Source of the DNA: Lama guanicoe
Lineage: Eukaryota
DNA: 64,000 nucleotides
Direction: 5' to 3'
Assembly: GCA_013239625.1 (NCBI GenBank)
Contig: MU053652.1
Span: forward strand, 4,205,902-4,269,901
Each line of letters starts with the position of its first letter. Position 1 is the stretch's first letter. The position numbers and the translations under genes were made by a program. Below, one piece after another: positions 1 through 13,769 of the stretch. Below the pieces are notes generated by a model. The model worked only from the letters and a program-made list of their open reading frames with translations, searched no databases and was not told the DNA's origin.

Positions 1-3
1 TCA

Positions 4-486
<483 letters not shown>

Positions 487-555
487 CTAGGCGCCCCCGC
501 CCGCTCCCCGGAGCCCCCCGGCCACACGCGCAACCGTTGAGGCCGCGGTGGCTGC

Positions 556-663
556 TCAGGCGACCTGTGCGCCCCGCAAGTCCCGTGCCGGGCCCCCCCG
601 AACGCTCCGCGCGCCGCGGGCCCTCGGCGCCCAACTTCTCAAACTTTGGACCCCGGGGCCCAT
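556..663 (-). other. Upstream ORF in the SMO 5' leader (35 aa, MGPGVQSLRSWAPRARGARSVRGGPARDLRGAQVA*)
   Basis: AACATGG strong Kozak context at 663, TGA at 558-556. Depends on the TSS lying upstream of 663. Confidence 0.6.
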
Positions 664-3600
664 GTTGGGCGGCGGAGGCCCGGGACGGGATGCACAGCTC
701 CCTACCCCTTCCCCTGGCAATCCGAGTTATCTTCAACTCCGGGAGCCCCTTGGGCCCCCAATTTCCAGCCCCATTCCCTCTCCCACCATTAATACCACCT
801 CCCCGCCCCGCGATGGAGGCCAGGCACCGGCCAGGGGTGCGGGAGTAGGTCCCCGGCTCCGCCCCCGCGCCAGCCAGCGGCCCAGTCGCCCCCTTCACTG
901 CAGCGCGCCGCAGCCCCCCGACTTCTCCCCGCCAACTACCCGGCTCCTTTGTTGCTCTAGCTCGTTCGGCTCTCTGGAATGCACGGGCCTCGCCGAGCCA
1001 AGCCCGCCCCCCCCACCTCCGCCACGGCTGGGGGAGGGACTGGCCCAGGGAGGGAAGGGGAGGGGAGGGATACGAGAAAGGAGGAGCTCCAGCTTCAGCG
1101 TCCCGGGTGCCCGAGGGGCCCGGGCCAGGGGGCTATGGTCACCCGCAGCCGCCCGGGGGCAAGAGATGGGTGGAAATCTTGGCCAGGAGCTGCAACAGGA
1201 CTCAGCGGGCACCTTGACTGCCCAGAGAATCTTTCGACTTGGTCTATAGGCAGTGGGATCTTCTGGTTGACGGTGGGAGAGACAGGGTGCCTGAAGTCAG
1301 CTGAAGCCTCTACTGCATCCCGCCGTGCTCCCCCAACCCGCCAGTCTTTTCCGCTTTTGGTTAAATCTTTCAACTTGTCCTAGAGCCTCATGGAGAAGAA
1401 CCAGGGTTTGGGGTTCCCAATTGTCCAAATCCTTCCAGCTTGGAACCTGTGAGAGAGATGACCTCAGAGTCACTCAGGGCAGCTGCCCCGGCTTGCTGTT
1501 ACCTCTGGGAGCAGATGTCTGGAAACCAAAAGTGCCAGCATTAAGCCTTTATTGCTACAAATGTGTGAAATCTGAACTGTGGTTGCCAGTGGCTGGCCCT
1601 GTCTTGTCTTTGATTGTGTCCAAAGGAAGCCATTCCCTCTTTGATGGCCCTTTGCTGCTTATATGCTGGCTGAGAAAGTTCCTGCTGCTCTCCTCCCCCT
1701 ACTCGGCTTATTCTGGCTTTTCTCAATCCTTTGCTTGTCAACTTTCAGTTCACCGAATTTGATTTCACCCTGCAGCAGTTTACTCCTCTAAATAACCAGG
1801 GGTCCAGCCAGGAGAGTGGACTTGCACTGAGCAACTTTTCCATGTTGCAGAGGGGCATTGCTCTAGGATGGCTTTTCCTTTCTTACCAATGCCCATACCC
1901 TTCATTCGTAGCTCAAGGGAACCCATTCTGTTAGGTGTGACCATTTTGGAGCAAATTAGCTACTGCACTTCAGCTACCATCCTCAAGTCTTACGTAAGCC
2001 CCAGAGACAGAGAGAGTGAGGGAGACATACACACACACACACAGAGGATTAATTTGATATAGCAAGCCTTTCTGAAATCCTGGGATGTATGTAGCACTGT
2101 GATAGGCATGACATCCTTGAAAACTTGATTTTTACTGTGGAGACAAGGCTTGCCCTCAAGAAACAGTAATATATTATGACAAAGCAACCAAGTCCCCTCC
2201 TCCAGGGCAAGGATCTTATTCTGTTTTCTGTATCCACAAAGCATCCAGTGCAGTGAGATATGCATATTAATCACTCAGTAAATGAGCTGCAGACAGAAAT
2301 GAGGTGTACAGTGAATGTGCTATAGGAATTTGTACCAGGGAAAGGTCAGTGCAGATAGCAGTGGAGGAGGTGGGATTTGAATCCAGCCCTGAAGTATGAG
2401 TAGGAGGAGTGAGAAAAGTAGAGAGGAGCTGAGCTGGCATTACTATGGAGGAAACTAGGACCATAGCTCAGAGCATGACTGGCCTAGCAAGAAGGACATT
2501 ATAGGGGATGAGTAGGGAAATTGATTGGTAAGACACCTCAAATGACATACAGAGGAATTAAGGTTTCTTTCTATTAGAAATAGGAAACAGTGCAAACTTT
2601 TGATCAGAGGAGTGATATGTTAAAGAACATTAATCAGGCAAAGTGAGGATGGTATGAAGGGCAAGAGGCTGAAGGCAAGGGAACATCTTAAGCGATGTCG
2701 CTGGTGATTTACGGAAGAAGTGGAAATAGTCTATGTTATCTGGATATAATACTCTCACTGGAAAAACAGTTTAAAACATTATGACCTACCTCAGCTATTT
2801 TTTTCTGTGATATAAATAAAATGGCAGTTATGTCTAAGTCTGAGCCACAGAGAAGTTTGCCTGTTACCACATTGATGCTCTGCTTTGGGAACTTTCTCCA
2901 TTTATTTTCTATCTGGTTGATACAGTGGCAGCTTTGAAGCCCTGTGGGATTGTTTCAGTATTCTATGCATTAGGGAGAAACCTACACGTGTGCTAAGGCA
3001 GCCCCTTACCTGTCTGCCTAAAATTATTAGCAATTCTTCAAGTATGAAGGCTCTACCAACCTTTGTCTGGGATTTCTTGGGAGGCATGTGGAAAAATCAA
3101 TCATTGTTATACAGTACCTTTATTCTGGAGATAGAAGAGGGTGAATTGAGAAGATCCTATGGTGTTGCCTTCCATTCAGAATGTTCTTCCCTTCAAGAGG
3201 AGGGAGAAGATGTGCTCATTTCTCAACTCCCTGAGACTCACTCTTCAGGAAGTGGAGATTCAGGAATCCTGCCAGAGAGCAGGTTCCAGGGAAGAAGGAA
3301 CGTGTTCAGTGAGGACTAGGGAAGAGAGGATTTCCTGGTGGTTCCTGAGTGGCATTCAAGGCCCTGGAGGAAGCTCATCCATCCCCTCCTTCAGGTACAC
3401 CAAGACTTCCAGTGTAGAGTTTAGAGACTCCTCAGAGTGATTTGACACACTGCTGGTCTCCAGCCTCATGATGGCAGGGTGCAAAGCACTCCTCTCCTGA
3501 GCCGGAGCCACCCCTGACCCAGTTCCGCCAGAGTCTTGACCCCATCTACATGTCATAACACAATCCTTTTGTCAGGTCTAAGAGAAGCTATCTTGTGTGA

Positions 3601-5528
3601 CAATGCATTACAGTACTTGATTTGCTACAAGTAGCTTCTTGATTTCTGAGTAATTCTCATCAACTATTTTGGCATTTTGAGGTCACACATTCAACGTTGA
3701 CTGTTTGTTCCTTGCCTCTGGGCCCTCTACTTGAAAAGAATGAATAGGAAAGTATCTATGGGATATTCATGGGTATCCTTGAGAACTTGATTGCTCCTTA
3801 GGGTTCAGTTGTCACACTGGCCAGAGTCTGGAACACAATTGTTGGCAATACTCCAGTTCTTTCTGTCTTCCAGTGTTTCTTATTTTACAATTAAGAGCAT
3901 CAAGGCAGAAGGAAAGGACGAAATGGGAAAGGGGCTAGATAAGCTACCTTCTCAGAGAGGTAGCACAATAGATTTGGAGTTAGAGACCTGAGTTGGGCCT
4001 TACTGGCCAAGGACCTTTGAACAACTTAGTCTAAGCCCTGATTTCTTTCTTTATAAAAATGAGATGTTATCAGCTGTGTTTCAATACACCAGCAATGAAC
4101 ATTCTGAAAAGGAAACTAAGATGGCAATTCCATTTACAGAGCATCTAAAAGAATTAAATACTTAAGAATAAATCTAACCTAGGAGGTGAAAGACCTGTAT
4201 ACTGAAAACTACAAAATGTTGCTGAAAGAAATTAAAGAAGACCTAATAAATGGGAAGATATTCTGTGTTCATGGATAGACAGACTTAACAGTGTTAAGAT
4301 GTCAATACTACCCAAAGCAACCTATAAATTTACCACAATCCCTGTCAAAATTCCAACAGCCTTTTTCACAGAAATGGAAAAGCTGATCCTCAAACACATA
4401 CAGAAATACAAAAGGCCCTGAAGAGTCAAAACAATCTTGAAAAAGACTAATAAAATTAGAGGGTTTACACTTCCCAATTTTGAAACTTACTACAAATCTG
4501 CAGTAATTAAAACACTATGATACTGGCATAAAGATAGACATATAGGCCAAAAGAATAGAATAGAGAGCCTAAAAACAAACCTTCACTATATGGCCAATTG
4601 ATTTTCTAGAAGGGTGCCAAGACCATTCAATGGGGAAATGACAGTCTTTTCAACAAGAAGTGTTGGGAAAATTGAGTATTTGTATGCAAAAGAAGGAAGT
4701 TGTACCCTTACCTTACACAACAAGCAAAAATTAAGTCAAAATGGATCAAAGACCTAAGTTTAATAGCTAAAACTACAAAAATCATTGAAGAAAACCACAG
4801 AAAATCTGCCTGACATTGGATTTAGCAATAATTTCAAGGATATGACACCCAAATTATAGGCAATAAAAGAAAATATAGATAAATGGGACTTCATCAAATT
4901 AAGAACTTTTGTGCATTAACAGATACTATCAATAAAGCAAAAAGACAATCTATAGAATGGGAGAGAATATTTGTAAATCATATATCTTATAAGGGATTCA
5001 GGGGTCCAGAGTATGTAAAGAATTCCTAAAACTCAACAACAGCAACAATAGAACAACCCAGTTACTAAGGGCCAAAGACTTAAATAGACATTTCTCCAAA
5101 GAAGTTATACAAATGGCCAATAAGCACATGAAAATGTGCTCAACATCATTAGTCATTAGGAAAATGTAAATCAAAACCACAATGAGATACTGCCTCCCAA
5201 CCACTAGGATGGCTATTAAAAAAATAATAAAAACAAAGAAACACACACAGAAAATAACAGGTGTTGCCAAAGACACAGAGAGATTGGAATCCTTGTGCAT
5301 TGCTGGTGGGAATGTAAAACAGTGCAACTGCTGTGGCAAAATTTCTCAAAAGGCTAGACACAGAACTGCCAAATGATCCAGCAATTCCACTCCTAGGTAT
5401 ATGTCCAAAAGAACTGACGGCAAGAAGTCAAATGGATAGTTGTACACCAATGGTCACAGCAGCACTATTCACAGTAACAACCAAAGCATCCATCAATAGA
5501 TGAATGGATAAATAAAATGTGGCATATA

Positions 5529-5726
5529 CTGTTGACTCTTGAACAACACAGGTTTGAACTGTGGGGGTCTGCTTAAATGTGGGGTTTTTTTTCAATAAAT
5601 GCTGCAGTACTACATGATCTGAGGGTGGTTGTATCTAGATGCTGACCAGGGACTTGAGAATCTGAGGCTTTTATTATCTGAGGCATGTCCCGGAACCAAT
5701 TCCCTGTGGATACTGAGGGATAACTG
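5529..5726. mobile_element. Tigger2/MER2-MER8-type Tc1/mariner MITE nested in L1
   Basis: Termini ctgttgactcttgaacaac ... ggatactgagggataactg, flanked by TA on both sides. Confidence 0.75.
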
Positions 5727-5815
5727 TACATACAATGGAGTATTATTCAGCTGTAAAAACAAATGAAATTTTGATATATGTTACAACATTGATGGACCTT
5801 TAAAACATCATTTTA

Positions 5816-5970
5816 AACAAGATCTTATGGTAGCTCACAGAGAAGAAAATGGGGACAATAAATATATATATGTTCATGTATGACTGAAAAATTGTGCTCT
5901 ACACTGGAATTTGACACAGCATTGTAAAATGATTGTAACTCAATAAAAAATATTTTAAAATGAAAAAAAA
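5816..5970 (+). mobile_element. Short 3' end of a younger lineage-specific L1 inserted into the older L1
   Basis: tgactgaaaaattgtgctctacactggaatttgacac...caataaaa resembles the L1 3' ends at 24570, 31400 and 45100. Degenerate TSD taaaacat. Confidence 0.75.
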
Positions 5971-6559
5971 TTTAAAACATTATATTTAATGAAATAAGCC
6001 AGACACAAAAGGACAAAGATTAAATGATCCCACTTATATGAGCTACCTAGAATAGGCAAATTCATAGAGACAGTCAACAGAATATAGTTTACTAAAGGCT
6101 AGAGGGGAGGGAGGAAAGGGGAGTTATTGCTTAATGGGTACAGAGTTTTTGCTGGGGATGATGAAAAAGTCTTGGGTCTAGATGGTGGTGATGGTTACAC
6201 AATGTGGTAAATGTATTTAATGCCACTGAATTGTAAACTTACAAATGGTAAAAATGATAACTATTATGTATACTATAATTTTTTAAAAAGAAAAAATAAG
6301 CATAGTACTAGTTGGCTATAAGGAATCTGATGAAGATCAATATGATATAATGTGAAAAAGCTTGGTCTTTAAGTACTTAGTAACTTTTGGTTTCACTTCC
6401 CTGTTTTCATCTCCAACATCCTACCTATGGTGCCACTTCAGTGATTCCTGGATGACCAACTGGTAGTCAAGATTGTAGAAACGTGACTGGTTTGGGAAAG
6501 TATAATCTTACCCCTTTCCAGTCTGTGACTGTACACTGTGATTTCAGGTTTTAGGTCTT

Positions 6560-7225
6560 TTCTGGGTGGTGACAGTTCTGTTTTTATACTAAAGAATATA
6601 CTTTTCCTCTTCTCAATAAATGGCACCACCGTTTATCCAGCTACACCCAGGCCAAGAACCTTTGAGTCATCCTTGACTCTTCTCTTTTTCTAACATCCCA
6701 CACCCAATCCATCAGCATATCCTGTCAGCTACACCTTCGCAATATGTCTAGACTCTAACCACTCCTCATCACCTCCACAGCTGCCAACCTGGTTGGAGCT
6801 ACCATCATTCATCTCCTGGGCTACTCCAAGAGCTTCCTAACAGAGCCCTCTGTTTCCCTGTACCCTCCTATAGCCCATTCTCCAGCCATGTGCCAGGGTG
6901 ATCCTTCTAAAATATAAGTCAGATTATATCATTCCTGTGCTCAAAACTCTCTAATGGTATCTCCTCACACTTGGGGTAAATTCCAAGACTTCATCATGAC
7001 TTCACCAAGGCCCTGTAGACCGCTGGCAACCTGGCAACCTCCTGGATCTCATTTACTGCTACCCTTTTTCTAGCTTACTCCAACTTAGACTTGCTGTTCT
7101 TTTTGCTGGTCCTTACACACACCAAGTAAATGCCTGTCTCAGGACCTTTGCACTCTTGTTCATGCTCATGCTCTCACTTCACTCAGGTCTCTGTTCAAAT
7201 AGCCCTCCTCAAGAAGGTGTTACTT
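6560..7225 (+). mobile_element. L2 fragment (resumes ~9240-9480 after an L1 insertion)
   Basis: Typical L2 text (aataaatggcaccacc...tcatccttgactcttctc...ctcaggacctttgcac) and a terminal tgttgaatgaatg at ~9457. Confidence 0.7.
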
Positions 7226-7234
7226 ACAACTGCT

Positions 7235-9225
7235 CCAAAAAAAAAAATTGAAATACTTAAGTGTAAATCTGCCAAAAATATGTACAAGATCTATATGATG
7301 AAAATTATGCAATGCTGATGAAAGAGAAACAGTAGACAACCCAAATCCTTGGAGGGACACACTGTGTTCATGGATTGGAAGATACAGTATAGTGAAGATA
7401 TCGATTTTCCCTAAATTGATTCCCTAAACCCCTAAGATTAACACAATTCCTATCGAAATCTCAGCAGGTTTCTCTGTAGACATAGACAAACATATTCTAA
7501 AATTTACATGGAAAATGAAGGGTCCTAGGAAAACCAAAACAATTTTTGGAAAAGAATAAAGTGGGAGGAATAAGTTCTCAATATTAAAGCTTACTGTATA
7601 GCTATAGTAATCAAGACAGTGTGGTACTGGCAGAAAGATAGATACATTGATCAATGGAACAGAATAGAAAACCCCTAAATATGCCTCCAAATATGCCCAA
7701 TTGTTTTTTTGACAAAGTAGCAAAAGAAGTTCAATGGAGGAGGGATAACCTTTTTGATAAATGGTGCTGGAGAAATTAGACATTCATAAGCAAAAATATG
7801 AAACTCAACCTAAATTTCATACCTTGTACAAAAATCAATGCAAAATGAATCATGGACTGAAATGTAAACATAAGACTATAAAACTTCTAGGAAAGTACAT
7901 AGGAGAAAAATATCAGAACCTGTGACTACGCAAAGGGTTTTCAGACTTGACAGCAAAAGAATGATCCATAAGGGAAAAAAACAGAAAAAATGGACCTTAT
8001 CAGAATTTTAAAAACTTTAGCTCTGGAAAAAGACACTGTTAAGAGAATGAAAAGACAAATTATGGACTGGGAGAAAATATTTGCAAATCACATAACCAAC
8101 AAAGATCCAGAATCTGGAACATATATAGAACTCTAAAAACTCAGCATTAAGAAAACAATCTCATTAGAAAATGGGCAAAATATATTCTCACTAAAGAAAT
8201 TACATAGGTGGCAAATAGTACATGAAGAGATATTTAACATTACTGGTCATTAGAGAAATGCAAATTAAACAAAGAGATGATCATGACATGCTTATCAAAA
8301 TGGCTAAAATGAAAAAAAAAACAGTGATTAACATCAAGGGTTGGCAAGGCTGGGGAGAAACTGGATCACTCATACATTGCTGGGGAATGCAAAATGATAC
8401 AGCCCCTTTGGAAAACAGTTTGTCAGTTTCTGAAAAAAGCATGCATACACTTACCATACAACCCAGCAATCACACTTCTGTGTATTTAGTCAAAAGAAAT
8501 GAAGACTTATTTCCACACAGGAACTTGTACATCAATGTTCATATCAGTTTTATTTGTAATAACTCAAAACTAACCAAATGTCTTTTAGTGGGTGAATGGT
8601 TAAACAAACTGTGGTACATCCATACCATGGAATACTACTCAGCAGTAAAAAGGAATGAATTGTTCATACATGTAACAAGTTGAACAGATCTCGAGGGAAT
8701 TGTGCTGAGAGAAAAAAGCCAGTCTCAAAAAGATACCTACTGCATGATTTCATTTATGTAACATTCATGAAATAACATAATTATAGAGATGGAGAACAGA
8801 TTAGTGGTTGCCAGGGGTTAGTGATAGTGGGGAGGGTGGATGTGGCTATAAAGAGGTAACATAGATGATTTGTCTTGTGATGATGGCACAGTTGAGTATT
8901 TTTTTGTAACAGTTTTATTGAGATACAATTCATATATGCAGTTCAATACAGTGATTGTAGTGATGATTACTCAAGGCTACACATATGATAAAATTACATA
9001 TAACTATGCACACATACTCAAATGAGTGTATGTATAACTGGTGAAATCTCAATAAGCTATGGATTACACTCATGTCAATTCCTTGGTTTTGATATCGCAC
9101 TATATTTGCATAAAATGTCAACACTGGAGGAGGTTAGGGAAAAGTGCATGGGGCATCCCTGTACATTTCTTTGCAACTTCCTGTGAGTCTATAATTATTT
9201 CAGAATAAAATCATTTTTTAAATTT
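7235..9225 (+). mobile_element. Old L1 (L1MB/L1MC-like) 3' ORF2 and 3' UTR
   Basis: ORF 8222-8683 resembles the L1 ORF2 C-terminus (WLNKLWYIHTMEYYSAVKRNE). Confidence 0.85.
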
Positions 9226-9973
9226 AAGGCATTTTGTAATTGCCTCATCCAAAATAGCACCTCTTCCATCACTCTCTACCCTCAGAGCCTGCTTTATTTT
9301 TCTCCCTAGCCTCTCTCTACCTGACATTCTAGTATATGTAATGTATAAGATACAACATTTTGTAGAACTCTATCTCCTCCAGTAGACTTAAGAAGCCAGG
9401 AACTTGTGTTCTCCATTGTGTGTTCAGTGCTAAAATGGCACCTGGCACATTCTCTTTGTTGAATGAATGCATGAGTCTACCTGCCTTTCTGCAGGTGTAC
9501 ACTTCATTTGTGTCTATACATAAATTGGTCCTTACAGCGTCCTGCCAGAAAACACTTTCATCAAGGTATCCACCCCAGGCTCTCCGTTTAGAGGCATTTC
9601 AACTGCCTTTTTTCAGTAATAACATTTTAATATATGCAATCCTTTAGTGGGCAATTAAGTATTTAATCCCATTCTGTTCATTCCGTCCTGGCTCCAATCA
9701 AGACTTTTGGGAATATGTTCTCATCTAGTGTCTTTCTGGGATAGTTAAAACTTTAGCTATGAGAAGGTAGCTAAATAAAAGTCCTTGAATCTGGACAGAG
9801 TTGACCCTGTGTTCCTCATAAAAAACTTCAGGAGGTCAAGGCTTCAGACTGAGTTGCTCAAATATGTAAAATGAAGAAATTTTATAAGAAAAAGAGACCA
9901 TACAAAGAAAGATCATTAAGCTCTCAGCCATCTATCTTGTAACAAATGGTCATGATATATTTCATTGTGCATC

Positions 9974-10448
9974 TGTGGTAGGCAAAGTAATGGGTCCTAA
10001 AGATGTTCACATACTAATCCTCAAAACCTGTGAATATGATGTTTCACATGGCAAAAGGGACTTTGCCAATGGATGTGATTAAGGTTAAGGATCTTGAGAT
10101 GGGAAGAGTAGCCTGGATTATGCAGGTGGGCCCAATCTACTCACATGGATCCTTAAAAACAGAGAACTTTTCCTGGCTGCAGAAAACAAGAGAGATGTGT
10201 GGTGAGAAGGACGTGGTCTGCTGTTGCTGGCTTTGAAGACCGAAGGAGGGGACTTCAAGGAACTGGAAAGAGCAGGAAAGAGATTCTCCTTTGGAACCTC
10301 CAGAAGAAATGTAGCCTTGCCAACATTCTGATTTTAGCCCAGTGAGACCCGGATCAGACTCTGACCTGCAGAACTGTATGATAATATGTACTGTTTTATG
10401 CACTAAGTTTATGGTAAGTTATTACAGCAGCAATAGAAAACTAATATA
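9974..10448 (+). mobile_element. MaLR solo LTR (MLT1D-like)
   Basis: tgtggtaggcaaagtaatgg...aagaaatgtagccttgccaacattctgattttagcccagtgagaccc...gcagcaatagaaaactaata. Confidence 0.8.
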
Positions 10449-10879
10449 GCGCCTAACTCTGATTATAGCTTTCCTATCAGCTTTGCCTGTAAGCAACAGA
10501 AACCAAGTTGAGCTGCCTTAAGCAAGCAAAGCAGGCTTTTCTGTAAGTGTACAGAATGTCTCAGAACCCAAGGCAGGAACAGCCGCGGGGCTGCAGAAAG
10601 GTTGCTGAACCGCAGGGAAAGCTGCTACCAGGAGTGTCCTTCCTCTGTCTCCCTTGTCTCTGCTTTCCCACTCTACCCCCAATCTGTTTCATTCTTCTCT
10701 TTCTGTAGATAGACTTTCTCTGCTACTTAGCCCATAAAGTATAAGAAGTTGAGCCTCAGATTCTTTTTGCCTTCTCTTTCTTCACCAGACCAGTCAGCCC
10801 AGGCTGTGACTAGAATCTGATTCTCAATTCCAAAGTCCCAGGGAGGGAACATTGTTTGGCACAGATAGGTTTAAATGCC

Positions 10880-11512
10880 TATTATGGGTTGAATTGTGTC
10901 CCCCCCGACCAAAGAAGATATATTGAATCTCTAACCCTCCAGACTTCAGAATGTGGCCTTAATTGGAAATATGGTCATTGTAAATGTAATTAGTTAAGAT
11001 GAGGTAATACAAGAATAAGGCGGGCCCTTATTCCAATATGACTGGTGTCTTTATAACAAGAAGAAACTGGGACACAGGGACAGAGGGAAAATCACCACGT
11101 GAAGATGCAGGCAGAGGTTGCAGTTATGCTGCCACAAGCCAAGGTAGCCTGGGGCCACCAGAATCTTTCCCTAGAGGCCAGAGAGAGCACGGCCCTGCCA
11201 ACACCTTGATTTCAAACTTCCGGCTTCCAGAACTGTGAAACAATGAATTTTGGTTTTTTGAGCCACCCAGTTTGTGGTACAGTTGACTCTTGAACAATGC
11301 GGGTTTGTACTGCATTGGTCCACATATAATTGGGTTTTTCCCCCCAATTAGTACATACTCCATGGTCAGGGCTGGTTGAATCTGTGGATACAGAAGGCCA
11401 ACTGTGAAGTTCTCTGGGGATTTTCAACTACATGGGGTGCTGGTGCTCCTAACCCTTAAGTTGTTCAAGGATCCACTACACTTTGTTACAGCAGCCCCAG
11501 GATACTAATACA
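10880..11512 (+). mobile_element. MaLR solo LTR (MLT1B/C-like) with nested MITE
   Basis: tattatgggttgaattgtgtcccc...gccctgccaacaccttgatttcaaacttc...gcagccccaggatactaataca. Confidence 0.8.
11280..11478. mobile_element. Tigger2/MER8-type MITE inserted at TA within the MLT1
   Basis: Inverted termini cagttgactcttgaacaa / ttgttcaaggatccacta. Confidence 0.75.
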
Positions 11513-12417
11513 GTGCCCAAGCCTGATCCAGTCAGCTCTGTCCAGGAGACCAAGTCTTACAGTACAAACAAGACTTGTCAAGACTCAACCCTATGGCTTG
11601 GGGGCAGAGGACCAGTTTCCAAAGAAGGAAGAATCAGTGTGAGCTGGGCAGATGCACTGAAAAGCTGTCCACTCTAGTTCTCGACAGCTAGGATAAATAT
11701 GATATTATGATTTTCATTTTTGCTGTTTGTTTTGCTTTAAAAAATTCTTTGACCCTCTAGAATGCATTGCAGTTGTATGATGTGAGATATGAATTTCAGT
11801 TACTTCTCTTCTGTAATGTAATCCATTTGTCTTAACAACTTTTATTGGTGATTACCCTTTCCTCTCATCATTGTGTTGCTCCTTGTTTATTAGTCAGTGA
11901 GAACTAATGATTAAATACATTTCTAGAATCGCTATGCTACTCCAGTCATCTGAATGGCCAGGTTCTTGGTATGGTAGTGAGACGACTGCAGAGCTTAACT
12001 TCCAATCTCTTGCTTCATTTTCTCCTCTGAGTGTTTTATCTATGGCAATTTGGAATATCTGGTTACTCTTAACTTTTTTGGGGGGTGGGGGAGTAGGTTT
12101 ACAAAATATTCCTAACCTTTTTAGAATAATGGACCCAAAGAACTTCAGGTGGAAGAAGCTGTACTATTCCCTTTTTTTGAAACTGGTCCCTGGCCCTGTT
12201 AACAAATCTGGTCACTGGGACGAGAACACGTTAGCAAACAGTAAAGGACCCACATATCAAACTTTGTAATAAAGATGTACCCAGCACACAGCAAGTAACA
12301 CAATAAATGTTAGTAATTATTAGAATGAACACCTATGGCAAACTCTTGCAAGTATCCAATAATAGCCCATTCCTGCATCTTCCCCACCTTAAGCCATGCA
12401 TGACAAGGGGAAGGGGA

Positions 12418-12893
12418 TGTGGCAGGCTGAATAATGGCCACCCCAAAATGTCCATGTCCTTATCCCTGAAACTTGTGTATATATTACCTTACCTGGTAAA
12501 AGTACTTTATAGATATGGTTAAATTAAGAATCTTAAAATGGGAGATAATCTGGGTGGGCCCAAATTAATCACAAAGGTCCTATAGGAGGGACACAGGAGA
12601 GTCAAAGTCAGAGAAAAAGGAGATGTGATCACAGAAGCAGAGGTTGAAGAGATGTGCTTTAAAGATGGAAAAGGGGGCCAGGCACCAAAGAATCAAAATT
12701 CCTTCTAGAAGCTGGAAAAATGGATTCTCTAGAGCCCCCAGAAGGAACCTAGCCCTGCTCTCACCTTGATTTTAGCTCAGCAAGGCTCATTTTGGACTTC
12801 TGATTTCCAAAGCTGTTAAGATAACAAATTTGTGTTGTATTAAGCCTCTCAATTCTTGGAAACTTGTTACAGCAGCAATAGAAAAAAAATACA
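12418..12893 (+). mobile_element. MaLR solo LTR (MLT1D-like)
   Basis: tgtggcaggctgaataatggccaccccaaaatgtcc ... ttgttacagcagcaatagaaaaaaaataca. Confidence 0.8.
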
Positions 12894-13701
12894 GAGGGAA
12901 TTAGAATTTCACTGAAAATTCTGCTAAATTTGTACTCCTGGACACAAGTCCTTGTTCAAATTACAAGGTTTGAGGACCACAGACCCTAGAGGTACCTTTC
13001 TTGCCATGTCACCCCAGACAGATTCTCACCTTCTCTCTACTTCTGTTCATCCAGCCTGATTTCCTCTGCCCCAAGTACCTCCATCGATTCCCCCACCTTT
13101 GAGGTCTAGACGTCATAGCTGTTTTAAGATACTGGTGTTAACCCCATATGCTTGACACTAGGGTTATTAGAAACAGACATTCAGGGAACAAATTAAATTA
13201 AAACGTGAAATAACAATGAGAAACCTTTCAGAAACGGGGGCATTTTCTCTTCTAGCTCCAGGTCAAAGGGAAAGAAACCTAGAGAAATAGAGAAATGAAT
13301 CTGGCTAGAAATATTGACTCGCACTATAAGGTTCTGAACATTTGCTTAGGGTTTTTAAAAGCCTAGGACTTGGTGGAAAAATCCCGACCCCTTTTGTTCA
13401 AGCGCCAGAGGCTAGCTACTGAGAGACAGTAGACACTTCAGTAAAAGTGTAGTTTGGATTTTGTATTTGAATCCCTGTTCTGCAGACCAGCGTTCCTGGT
13501 CTTTTCCTCCAAGAGGCCCTAAACGAGCTCCCCACTGGGTAAGCTCCTCAAAGCCGGCAAACTCTGCCTAAAGGTGCACCACCACAGCTCCTAATACCGA
13601 ATTCTGGGTCTGCATCACCTAATGAAGGAGAATAAAATGCAACTCTCTGGCACTAAGCGCTTTTTTTAAACTCTTCTCTCCCAGAATAAAAGGCCCTTAC
13701 T

Positions 13702-13730
13702 TTTAATTTTTTATTTGTGATGATTTTATT
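13702..13730 (-). terminator. Candidate distal poly(A) signal cluster for TSPAN33
   Basis: Minus-strand AATAAA at 13730-13725 and 13715-13710, plus ATTAAA at 13707-13702, followed by a U-rich tract. Confidence 0.5.
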
Positions 13731-13769
13731 TTTTCTTTCCATTCTGTTACTAGCTGGAGCTAAACATTG

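Larger units (their letters stand above)
4075..6300 (+). mobile_element. Old L1 (L1MA/L1MB-like) 3' ORF2 and 3' UTR, decayed, hosting two nested insertions
   Basis: ORF2-like text ([14 protein letters not shown]; gatccagcaattccactcctaggtata) and a typical 3' UTR ending in an A-rich tail. Confidence 0.85.
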
